Of a stretch of DNA of 64,000 bases, positions 23,241-35,130 are shown in pieces. The translations under genes were made by a program, and so were the position numbers. Origin of the DNA: Camelus ferus (Eukaryota). The stretch's first letter is position 1; each line of letters begins with the position of its first letter. The stretch spans positions 111,726,001 through 111,790,000 of the forward strand of contig NC_045697.1 in the NCBI RefSeq assembly GCF_009834535.1. Reading direction: 5' to 3'. The notes beneath the pieces were generated by a model. That model had not been told where the DNA came from. It ran no database searches and worked only from the letters and a program-made list of their open reading frames with translations.

Positions 23241-26200
23241 TTTTGAGTGAATTTCTTTGTCAAATACTTTGTTGAGCATAATTTCTAAGCTGGTGGTTGT
23301 AGGGTGCCCCGGAGAGGGACAGGGACAGCCCAGTGGTAGAGCACGTGCTTAGCATGCACAAGGTCCTGGGTTCAATCCTTGGTACCTCCACTAAAAAAAG
23401 AAGATAAACATAAAATTTAAACAAGACACTGTGACCAAGGAAAAAGCTGTCACAGAACTTCCAGTTTCACAGGTGAGAGGATAACGACGACCACCAGATT
23501 CAGGAGTCAGTGCGAGGGGCTGGCAGGGGGTGCTGGGGCTTCCCAAGGGCCCTGCCCCTGCAGCCTGCGGGCTGTTAAGTGAAGGAAAGTTACTGAGAGG
23601 GAACAAGGCCGCGCTGCGCACGGGTCTGAGCATTCCCGGCTGGGAGCGAGGATTTACTACGACCCTTTCACACGCAGTTACACGACTGGGACCAGGCTCA
23701 GCTGCCTTACTCCCCGGAGAAGAGGGGCAGGGGCTCCTCCGCCCCCTGAAAGTCGTTGCCGGTTGTGAGTGGAGGACAGTAATCGTGTTGACACGTAGAG
23801 TGTCTCTGGCCCAATAACCAGAAGTTCAGTAAATATTTCAGGTGAGAATGTGTGCAAAGTGCGTACAATCACACGAAGCGCTCCTTTTCTGAGTGCCGTT
23901 ACTGCACTGTTAGGATTAATATTATTTCTAGTATTATTTTATTTGACGACAGGAGAAGAAAGATGTAAAAACGTATTGGAAGACCAACAGGGGGCGATAA
24001 TCAGCCATAAACCTACACTTTGATACATCAGGATTCATGTTCTCAGCTGTGTGCTCTCAGAAATGTTCCTATATCCACATCTTTATGTTTTCATGTGACA
24101 GATTATTTAGCATAAATTGCAGTATATTTTACATACAGTTCCTTAACCCGGTTCCCTCCACTTACCATTATATTAAATGGCATCCTTTATTGTCATAAAA
24201 TCCTTCTATAATAGGAATTATATATTTTTGAAGTAATATATATTGGTAATATGTATAAAGGACCAAAAAAGAAGTCTACCAATGCCACCAATAATTTCTG
24301 TGAATGGCTTAATTTAAGCATTTTTGTAAAATATATACTGTACTCTCACGGACAATTTCTACTGTATTTATGTATGTTCACATCAGCATCAGATAGCTAC
24401 TAAGTGTCCATGATGTTCAGGGAAACTGCAGTGACCACAACCAAGTTTCTGGTCTCCTAGAGCAGTGCGGATGGAAACCAAAATTGCAAGTCTTGTGCAT
24501 ATATTCAGGGTAGAGAAAAGTTTTAACACTTTTCCTAACATCTGACCAGTACAAACAATGTGTCAGGTGAAGACAGTGGACATAAAGAAAAATGAGACAG
24601 GACATTGGTTCAAACCCCTTGGAAATCATTTGGCTCTTTCTACTTAAGCTGGGTGTGCAAGTACCTACCCTACGTATGGCTCAGCAATTCCACTCCCAGG
24701 ATTTACATGTGGAAACGTGGCCCGTAAGCAAGAATTCTCATAGCAGCAAAAAACCCACAGGGCAAATCGGGAAACAACCCAGGGATTCAGCAACAGAAAG
24801 ACATACTGAACAGCGGTGCAGGCACACAGGCGAGCACTACTCACCAAGGAAAAGGATCTGAAACATGGAAATAAGAATGAACCCACCACCCATCATATTC
24901 AGCACAAGATCCCAGAAATAAAATAAAACACCCTGTATGTTTCCCCTCATATGAAGGTCACAACCAGGCCAGACCAGTGTGTGCTTCAGCAGCAGGTGGT
25001 GGTTATCTTTGGGGAGGAGGGTGGAGACAGTGATGGAGAGTGGGGGTGGGGGTGGGGGAGGCAGCAGGTACTGTTTTGTGGGTGGACTTGGTGGAGGTTT
25101 CAGGGCTGTGTTTGCTTTGTAATCCTGCATCAGGTGATGCAAAAGCATCAGTGTGTGTCTGTCTGTGTGGGCTCCATCCGTAAAGGTTTACTTAAAAAAA
25201 GAAACTGCTTCTGGTACGTTTCCACAAATGGGCCAGGGAACCTGCATTTGCACCAAGCATTCTGGTGCCCGCCAGCAACTGGAAACCCGTGAAAGGGACT
25301 GACTTCCAAGTGCAGTGAGAGGAAACCGCGATAAGACTCCTGGACGCTCACTGACTGACTGTGTGACCAAAGATGTGGGTCACAGTGGGGCCTCACGTAG
25401 CCTTCCTTCCAGCCCAACCTCTAAGCTGCCCAGCGCACCCTGCCCGCTGCCCCGTCCCCGGTGGCAGGGCAAGTGGTCAGTGTGGGAGTGGACACTGGAA
25501 GGAGAGTCTGGGCTGGAGCCCAGGATCTGCTGGTGGTCAGCTGTGAGCTGTGAGCTGTGAGCTCCAGAGCCTGGTGAGCTCAGCACCGAGCCTCGAGTCC
25601 CTCCCCTGCACAGGGAGTGAGTGGAGACCCTCTTCCCAGGGCAGTGACAGGGCTCACAGCAGTCAGAGCACAGACAGGGCGGATGAGGGGCCCCTGTCAG
25701 GAGGGGACTGTCATCGCCCCTGAGCAGGTGCACTTCTGAGGCTCTGCTGAGAAGCTCAGATCTGGATAGAAACTTCTGGATAGGATCCCTCACTTACTTT
25801 AGTCTGAGTCCCTACTAGCAGTTCAGTGCCTTGCACATTTCGAGGGACACAATGTAGATTTTCCAGCAAGTCGGGGGCAGACCTGAGTTGGACCTCCTCA
25901 CCCTGAGAGAACTGATGGGAACACTGAGTTGTTCGACTTTGGTGGCATCGGGAATGACCACTCTGAGTTCCAGGCATCGACCCCACGCCCACGATCCAGT
26001 TCCCACTCTCCTCACACTTCCGGTCCTACCTTTCCACCCAGATGGTTTCTCGTGGGGACTCTGCCTCCTCCACTGACATGTCATGACCTGAGGATGCAGG
26101 ACCTGGACCTTGTCACCCAGTCTCAGCGACTCTCTCAGTAGCTGTTTCTCGTTGGCTTATCTTCCTGATGGCGCTGTGCCTGTGGTCCCCAGGGTCTGCC

Positions 26201-26443
26201 CTGGGCTCCCTGTCACCTTCCAGCAGGTCCCTCCACCTGTGCTCTGCCCCACAGGCTGCTGTGCACGGAGACAAGCGCTTCTCATCCCTGCCCAGAGACC
26301 CTTAGGAGTGGGAGCCTGGACGAGAAACGCCCGCCCTGCCCCCCCGGAGCGGGAGCTGCCTGGCACCCTCCGCTCCATCCTGCGGGTCTCCTGGGGACGT
26401 CCACAATGTCACAGAGCAGCACCGTCGTCCCTTACGGCCACTC

Positions 26444-26878
26444 TGTGACTCTGGTGGACAAGATGAAACAAGAGCACTCTAGACCCAAGTCCAGGCGCAG
26501 ACAAAACATGAATATTCCTCAAACCACAGAAATGACCCAACACCCAGGACAGACCCCCCTGTCCTGGCCCACAGGAGTGACGGCTGTGACTTTGCCCGTC
26601 ACAGCGTCAGCCTCTAGCCTTCCTTCCTTCTGCAGGAGGTTTAGCAAGACACCCAATCATAGAATGACATCTCCTCCTGGCAGCATCCTGTCACGGCAGC
26701 GTCCCTAACCCTTCCCCAAGTCACATAACAGACCCAAATCCTAACATAACGCTTTCTAACACCCCCCTCCTGTGGTGCTCTAGAATTCCCCATGGGGTCT
26801 GTTCTCCGTTGCCCACAGCAGTGAACCAGGTGCTCAAATGCAGGCGATTCCTGGTCGTTTGGCTTAAGAGTGCTGACA
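26444..26878 (+). mobile_element. Solo LTR
   Basis: TG...CA termini (tgtgactctgg...gtgctgaca) and LTR-like composition. Confidence 0.45.
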
Positions 26879-28194
26879 GGGACGGAGGAGAGATAGAACT
26901 TGTGGGAAGGGAGGGCAGAGCCAGGGTTCCCTCCGTGCAGGGGGAGGGCCTGGGGCAGGTGGGCGGGTGGTGAAGGAAGACAAGATTCTGCTGCGTCCAC
27001 AGTCACTGCCGTCCAGCCAGGGCCCCAGCCCTGCTCCACATGCTGAGTGGCAGGGCTGGTCCAGGGGGAGGCAAGCCAGGGACTCAGCCCAGGAGCACAA
27101 TTGGAAGGGTGCCGAAACACTCAGGAATCAAGACCGATACTTCGGAATATTTTTAAAAATCAAAATCAATGTAAAAGATCCATGATGAACAAAATGTCAA
27201 AATCTTATATAAAGACAGGATCAGCATTACTAACTTTTCCTTCATACATGCTTCCTCACCAAGCTCATGAGGAACTAATCATGTATCACTGATACCTGAT
27301 ACAATTTGTCACATTTGATTCAATATTTAATACTCAGAAAAATTTAGTATTACAGACAATTCTGAGGTACCACAGTCCATTCCTCATTCTCATTCCTTAT
27401 GCAGCTGAGTTTAGTTTGTACCTCTCAGTCCACTGTAAAACTAATTATCATGAAAAATCTCAGAGATACAGAGAAGCAGAGAAGCGTGTATTAAAAAAAA
27501 ATTTCCATCAACTCACATTCAACATTTATTAAAGTTTCATTAATTCATTTTCTTTTCTTCCCTTTTTGGTTACTCTCATTACACACCTGTCTCCCTCAAC
27601 CCAACTAAAATATGGACATTTTAAAATAAAGCCTCTACAGTACCTAGAAAACAAGTCACACCCCCTTAATAGCATTTACTATCTAATATGGATTCAAAAT
27701 TCCCCAGTTGGCTCATGAATATCTTTTTAAAGTTGGTTTCCTCAAATCAGGATGCTAAGAAGTTTCATGTTTGACATGTACAAATTTTTTGCAGTTTCAA
27801 CTCTCTCTGTCTTTTTTTTTTTTTTTTTTTTTTCATTTTAACCCCATCATTTACCTGTTGAGGAGACCAGGTCATTGTTCGACAGTATTTCCCACATTTT
27901 TGTGCTGTTTCTTTTAAGTTCATTAACTTATTCCTCCTCTACTGCCTCCATTTACCATAAACTGAGAGGACCCTACAAAGGCTCCTGAATTCAGGCTCAA
28001 CGTCCTGTGGCCAGGAGAATTCAGAGGCGATGCAGTCTAGCTCCACAGACGTCAACTACGCGAGCACGGAACCGGGAGCGGCCCGCTGGGGATGCTGTGA
28101 TTGGTGGGGGAGGTCGCCGAGGCCTGAGAGCCTGGGTGTCACGTCCCCGCCAGAGCGGCTACCAGCTCAGGACGCTGATGCTGGAAGAGGCCCA

Positions 28195-28900
28195 GGCACT
28201 GAGAGAAAGAAGCCAAGCTCTCATTATCTGCAAAAGATATGACTGTCTTTTAGGAAACTCGAAGGAACTAAAGAAAAATTGTAAAGGCTTCAGGGGATTA
28301 TGGCAAGGTTATTTTGTAAAAAATCAATACATATATATTTTTTAAGTATATCAACATGTGAGCAACAAACAGGAAAATGTAGTGCTGAAAGTGAATCTCT
28401 TCCTCACAAATACAGAGAACAAACTAGTGGTCACAGTGGGGAGAGGGAAGGGGGAGGGGTGCGAAGGGGGAGGCGGAAAGAGGTACAAGCTCTGACGGAT
28501 AAAAGAAGCTGCAAGTATAAACAGTACAACTCGGGAAACATAGCCAACATTATATAGTAACTACAAAAGGAGTCCAACCGTTGAAAATTGTGAATCACTA
28601 TATTGTGCAGCCCTCACTTACATAATATTGTGCAGCAACTCCACTTCAGTAAAGAAAAAGGAGTCAAAAGTGAATCTTTTACAACTGTATCAAAATGTGA
28701 AATAGGTTTTAATGAGTCTAAACATGAAAAGCAAAAGTTTCATGAACAAAATCATAAACATTCAGCTGAAGAGATTAAAGAAGACACTTACAAATGTAAA
28801 AATACAGCAAAACCCCACGCATTGGATGATTCAGCGTAAGTTTCAGTTCTCTCCAGTTTGGATTGCAGCATCCATGAAATCCCCAATAAAATCCACAAGG
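28195..28900 (+). mobile_element. Old L1 ORF2 (RT region) remnant with a younger L1 3' insert
   Basis: aagctctcattatctgcaaaagatatgactgtc resembles the coding sequence of the L1 motif KLSLFADDMIVY. Confidence 0.6.
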
Positions 28901-30159
28901 ACCTTGTGTTAATAATCAAACTTGGTTTTAATTGCTAAACTGATAGCCGTATTCAGCGATAAACTAGGGGACAAATCATCAGGGGAACATTAGTTTAGAG
29001 GAGAGGGTAGCCTATGGGGGAGCCTCAGGAAAGATGGGTTCCACTTACACTATGTTCTTAGTGTTGGCAACACGTTTTACCAACGCAGTGCAATGAAGGA
29101 GAAAAATAAGTGCAAAATAGGAAGTTGAAGATGCCACAAATTGCCCTCGCTTGCAGATACACACAGGGGAGTGTTCTGTACAAAGTGGACACCACGCAAG
29201 CGCTGAGTTTTGTGTGTACAGACTACTTGGGAAGGTTCATCAAAAAGCCATTAATCAGGATTCGTCTAGAAAGGGAAACAGAGGGAGGAGGCCACCATGT
29301 GATGCTTCCACCTGGGGAGACTTTTCTGGCATCGGCACCATCTCATTGTTCCCTGAAACACTTTTAAGCAGGATGGCTCTGGAGTGCAGGCCTGTGTGCT
29401 CCTGAGTGAGAAAACCTTCCTGCTGTCCTCGGAGTGGACGGCTGTCCTCGTGGACACCAGGGGAACCTTCCCTCTGGGCCCATCGCCCTCCATGGGGACC
29501 ACAGCTGCCCGCCTGTGGGGAAGGTGCTGGGATCCTCGGGTCCCAGGCTGCGGGTCAGAGTTCATGGACAGGAGCGCTCGACAGGTGTGACGGTGACACA
29601 GGAGGGACTGGGCTGTCAGGGAGGGGACGGCCTGGAGGCGACCCTGCTACAGTAACTTAAGTCTTCTAGGAACACAGAGATTTGAGAAGGTCAGATCCGG
29701 AGGCGGACACTCAGGATTACTGAGGAACCCACAGAACGTCAGCGTCACCAGTGGGACTTCTTTAAACTACATTCAAGGCCTCCCCAAGGAAAACTTCTGA
29801 TTTACTGCATCCAGGGCCTCCTGCTCCCCTGCCTGTGCTGGTGATGCTCCGGCATAGCCCCTCCCCCACCGGCTCCAACACCCCCCAGATCCCCCACCGC
29901 CTGAAGGGGAGGGGCTGCTCCTGAGAGCTTGTCAGCTGCCTGAGGGTCTGCCACGTGGACAACTGCAGAAAGCCCTTGGAAATGCACAAAGCAGAGGTGA
30001 CGCCAGACTCCAGAAACACCTCTTTCCAGGGGCAGATGGAATTCCAACAAGCTCTGAAGGGACAGGCCAAGACTGCTGAGCAATTTCACTGGAGAGAAGC
30101 AAAGCCAGGACTTTCCAAAGTATTGGATGGTGTCATAAACTTGATCTCTGATGGAATTA

Positions 30160-30515
30160 GCTAGAGGGGATTAAGGTGGGTGTGTCTTATCCTACACTGG
30201 ATAGAAGATGCAATCAGAGGAGGATGGGAGGTTCCCAAGGCTGACTGCATCCGAGCTCTGTCCAATGGGAGTGAAGGAGAGGACCCTCCCTCCAGGCATT
30301 TATAAAGCCCAAGGGGACACATTCTGGCCCCAGTAGTGAACTGAGAACCCGGGCTGTGTCGAGTGCTCAGACTGCATGGAGGAAGGTCATCTGCTCTGAG
30401 AGGAAGAGAGGAGACCAGAGTCCCAGTGTGGGGAGTGGAAGGCACGCCGGGGCCTTGAGGACACAGCGCAGCTCCCCCAGCACAGAGCCAGGACCCGGGA
30501 GCTGGGCAGGCAAGT
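30160..30515 (+). promoter_or_regulatory. Predicted promoter and non-coding exon 1 of copy A
   Basis: GGATTA 30168, CCAAT 30262-30266, TATAAA 30301-30306, donor CAG|GCAAGT at 30509/30510. Matching acceptor ttctttcccccgtgttag ends at 30836. Confidence 0.55.
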
Positions 30516-31237
30516 GCAGACTCCGCGTGGGGACGGAATCCCCCGGGGGCCTGAGTGGGGACAACTGGGCTCCTCGTCGCTGTGAAGTGTGTTCTTCGTA
30601 TCACAGGGTTTTTCCTTTTTTTTGTAAATACTATACTCTGTATCTCTCTAGTATTAAGTCTCTGTATTAACTAAATCACATTAATTAACCATTACCAGGC
30701 TCTGCTGTCCTAACTGACTACAATTCCTTTCTGTTTGGAAATGTATGTGTTTGAATCCAGGAAAAAACTGGTAAAACACTGCCTATTATGTACATGGTGT
30801 TTATCTCCTTAATGCGTGTTCTTTCCCCCGTGTTAGCATTTTCTGGAAGGAGCTGCTGAGCTGTGCGGAGACTGGCCCACGTCTGGATGTGCTGACTGGC
30901 CCACGCTGGGGATCCTCACGGCCACCTGGAGCTGGGCTGTCCCTGAAGGAGAGGACGACCTCTCAGGCCTCGATTTCCGGCCACCGAGTGAAAGGGACCA
31001 AGGTGCCCAAGGCAGCGGAGGCTCCTGGGGCTCCGGGCCCTGCGGCTGCGGCTGTGGAGGTGAAGGAAGGGGCAGGACTCGGCCCCACTGCACACAGCTC
31101 CCTGGGTCCTGGGAGACCCACGGGCGGGCGTGAAGGCCAGAGAGAAGGTGACGGGTCGGAAGCTTGTCCCTGTCCCAGCCCCTGGAGAGCCGGGCTTTTC
31201 TGAGGGCGTCTCCCCTGACAGGACCCCTCCCGGCACG

Positions 31238-32621
31238 ATGGCCCTGGCGGCCTCCCTGGCACAGCTGCACGCGGAGGCCAGCTGCCCCATCTGCCTGGAC
31301 TGCCTGACGGACCCGGTGACCACGGGCTGTGGGCACAACTTCTGTCACGCCTGCCTCCAGCAGCGCTGGGAGGGGCTCCGGGACCTCTTCCCCTGCCCGC
31401 TCTGCCTGCAGCCCTGCCCTGAGCGCAGCTGCAGGAGGAACAGCCAGTTAAGCCACCTGGCTGACGCTGTGAGGCAGCTTCCCAGCACGAGGGCCAAGAG
31501 GGGCCGGCAGGGGGAGGCCCCCCTGTGTGAGAAGCACAGTCAGGCCCTGAGCCTGTTCTGTGAGGAGGACCTGGAGCTGCTGTGTCCCCAGTGCAGGCTC
31601 TCCTCTGAGCACCGCCACCACCCCCTGGTGCCCGTGGAGCAAGCTGCAGTGTGTCACAGGAGGAGGCTCAAGGGCTACCTGGAGCCCCTGACAGAGCAGC
31701 TGGAAGCTGCTGAAAAGGGCTTAGAAATGCAAGTCTCCAAGTCATTTGAGTTGGTGTCCAACATGGAGAATCAAAGGAGCAAACTGCACTCTGAAGTTGA
31801 ACACTTTAAGCGTTTCTTGGGAACAGAGCATGACGAAATTCATGTTAAGCTGCTAAATGAAGAAAAGAGTGTTGTAGACAAAATAACTGGGAAAAAAATC
31901 CAAATATCAGACCACGGATCCACGTTGAAAAGTCTGCTTTATGAAATAACCAACAAGTGTTCCCAGACTGACCTGGATTTACTCACAGGCATTGAAAGAA
32001 TCCACAGAAGCTATGAAAATTTAGAGAGCCCAGCAGCCTTTTGGTCTGAAGTGAAGAAGGAGGTTTTCACTCTCCCCCCACAGTATTTTGGCTTGCACAA
32101 AATGATTAGCAACTTTCATGTGCATTTGACGCTGGAGCCTGAAACTGCTCACCAGAGCCTCCGAATTTCACAAGATCAGAAAACTGCAACCTTTCAAAGG
32201 ATGGAACCAAACTGTGTTCATCCTCCCAAGTGTTTACCTCTTAGCCCGCTGTCCTGAGTTCGGAGGGTTTTGATGCTGGCAGGCATTTTTGGCAGGTAGA
32301 AGGCAGAGGCAGTGGGGAATGGTCCTTAGGGGTGTGTAAAGAATCTTTCCCTAGAAATTCTCTTGTGTCACCTTCCCCAAGCAATGGCTGCTGGCAAATT
32401 CAGCTCTGGGCAACCACACATGACACACGGGTTTCAGGAAATGCCTGTTGGATTGGCGTTTTTCTGGACTATGATTTGGGAGAAATTTCATTTTACAATT
32501 TGAATGATCAATCACATTTATATACATTCAGTGAAATTTTTACATAAAAACTTATGCCCTATTTCTCAATAGACCTTTTTCTAAATCACTTACAATAAGT
32601 ATAGTTGAAGATGAGCGCTGA
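31238..32621 (+). pseudogene. TRIM60/TRIM75-like paralog copy A; RBCC intact, PRY/SPRY disrupted (open frame 31238-32257, 339 aa)
   Basis: Compared with copy B: 1-bp deletion at ~32225 (cctcccaag vs cctccccaag), TAC>TAG at 32242-32244, GAA>TAA at 32545-32547, and a second 1-bp deletion at ~32568. AATAAA retained at 32683-32688. Confidence 0.88.
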
Positions 32622-33311
32622 GCCACCTTGGGAGACTTTCCGTATGATCCACGTTCTTCCTGTGTTCTTGGCAAGTCCTTGAAATAAAGAGCCTGAGTCC
32701 ATCTTTGATGTCTGACTGCTGATGTCTTTTCACCCTCAACCTCGGGCCTCCCCTCTGCCCCACATCTGGGCAAGCTGTTAAGACAGCCTTGGCTGAGCAA
32801 GGCGGTTCTCACCCAGGAAGGCTCTTCTGCAGAGGAACTCCCTCTGCACTAACTCCCCAAGCTCATGACATTTCTCCCTTCTCAAGACATCCTTGGTTTG
32901 GTGGCCGTCCTGACTGCACACAAAGTCTTTGTGAGAGATAATAACCATCTCTTTCCCTTTCAGTATGTTTGTGGCATTAGCAGTCTTGATACAGAGGTAC
33001 ATTTTGAGAACTTGGGTTTTGCCTCAGTGGGTTGACCAGAACACTCCTTAGAATAGTGTACCTAGGTTTTTAGGTATTTGGGTCCCAGGAGGCAGGGTAT
33101 ATTTTTGTGTGTTTTTCAACTACCATGATACAGCTAGTTTTAGACTTTATTTTCTAAAATTATAATACTGTGTTTGTGGTTCCTCTTTTCTCCCAGGAAA
33201 GGTTTGGGAATCTATTATAAATTCCTTGACATTTTAATATTTAAAAAAAAATAAATGTTTCATGGTACTGGTTCTTGCCAAATTTCTACCATAAAATATC
33301 TAATTTGTCTT

Positions 33312-34860
33312 TTTGTAAATTGAAGTATAGTTGATTTACAATTTTGTGTTAGTTTTAGTTGTACATCAAAGTGATTCAGTGATATACATATATATATATA
33401 TTCCTTCTTTAATTATTTCCGTTATAGTCTCTTACAAGATATTGAATGTAGTTTCTGGTACTACACAGTAAAGCCTTGTTGTTTATCTACTTTATAAATG
33501 ATAGTACATAGCAGTTAATCTTATACTCCAAATCTCTCTCTCCCCTTCCTTCCACTTTGGTAACTATAAAATTGTTTTCTACGTCCATGAATCTGTTTCT
33601 GGTTTGCTAATAAGTTCATTTTTACTATTTTTTAGATTCTACATATAAGTGATAAATAGTATTTGTCTTTCTCTGTCTGACTTCACTTAGTATAATAATC
33701 TCTAGGGTCTTCCATGTTCCTACAAATTGCATTTTTTCTTTCTTATTTTTGGCTGAGTAATATTCTGTTGCAGATATAGATATATGCTGTATCTTCCTCA
33801 TCTAGTCATCACTTGATGGACATTTACGTTGCTTCCACATCTTGGCTATTAGAAATAGTATTGCTGTGAACATCGGGTGCATGTACCTTTTCTAGTTAGA
33901 GTTTTCGTCTTTTCTGGATATATGCCTAGGACTGAGATTACTGGATCACATGGTAACTCTATTTTTAGTTTTTTAAAGGAGCCCCATACTGTTTTCCATA
34001 GTGGCTGCATCAATTTACATTCCCACCAAAAGTGTAGGAGGGTGCCCTTTTCTCCACATCCTCTCCAGCATTTATTATTTGTTGACATTTTGATTATGGC
34101 TGTCTGACAGGTGTGAGGAGATACCTCATTTCCATTTCTCCAGTAATTAACAATGTTGATCATATTTCATGTGCCTGATGGCCATTTGGATGTCTCCTTT
34201 GGAGATGTGCCTATTTACATCTTCTGCCCATTTTTAAATTACTTTTTTAAATTGAGTTTTACCATCTGTTTCTATTTTTTGGAAATTAAGCCCTTGTCAG
34301 TTGCATCATTTGCAAATATTTTCACTCAATCTATAGGTTGTCCTTTGGTTTTGTTTATTGTTTCCTTCATTGTGCAAAAGCATGAAGTTTGATTAGGTCC
34401 AATTTGTTTATTTTTGCTTTTATTTCTTCTGCCTTGGGAGACTGCCCTAAGAAAATAATGCTATGATTTATGTGAGAGAATGTTTTGCCTGTGTTCTCTG
34501 CTAGTTTTATGGTGTCATGTCTTATATTTAAGCCTTTAAGCCATTTTGAGTTCATGTTCCTGAATGGTGTTAGAGTGTTCTAACTTAATTGAATGGTATG
34601 CAGCCTTAAGCTTTTCCTCTTGTCTCCTTTGTCCAGGATTAAAAACCTGTAGGTGTGCAAGTTTCTTTTTGGGCTCTCTGTTGTGTTCCATTGATCAGTA
34701 TGTCTGCTTTTGTGCCAATACTCCCCTGTGGTGATTACTGTAGCTCTGTAGAATCATCTGAAGTCTAGATGGGTTGTCCCTCCAGCTTCATTCTTTTTCC
34801 TCAAGATTGTTTTGGCAATTCTGGTTCTTCTGTGGGTCCATAGGATTTTTTGGGCTATGC
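33312..34860 (-). mobile_element. L1 LINE 3' portion
   Basis: ORFs 33849-34163 ([23 protein letters not shown]) and 34367-34555 (NSKWLKGLNIRHDTIKL) are from the L1 ORF2 C-terminus. Confidence 0.92.
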
Positions 34861-34981
34861 TAAATTTTTACTAAAATTTAATATAACTTTAAAAATTTCA
34901 AAACACCTAAGTCTATTTGGCATTCACCAGGAAATTGCTAGAAACCATTTCATGCAGTTGCTGATTAAAAAAAAAAATTTA

Positions 34982-35130
34982 GGGGGAGGGTTTAGCTTAA
35001 GTGGTAGAGTGCATGCTTAACATGCACGGGGTCCTGGGATCAATCCCCACTACCTCCTGTAAATATAAACAAGTAAATAAATCCAATTACCTCCCCCTTA
35101 TACAACAAAAACAATTTTAAAAAAAAAGGT
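34982..35130 (+). mobile_element. tRNA-derived SINE (Vic-1-like)
   Basis: ggggagggtttagcttaagtggtagag...tcaatccccactacctcc plus tail. Confidence 0.78.

Larger units (their letters stand above)
29250..33311 (+). repeat. Segmental duplication unit A (paralogous to 38310-50050)
   Basis: Direct alignment: 29258 ggattcgtctagaaagggaaacag matches 38318; homology ends at ctaatttgtctt (33311 / 50050). Confidence 0.9.

Noticed and set aside
32221..32230. Idea that copy A's frameshift is only a homopolymer sequencing error
   Set aside because: Two further nonsense substitutions and a second deletion lie downstream, so correcting one base would not restore the gene.
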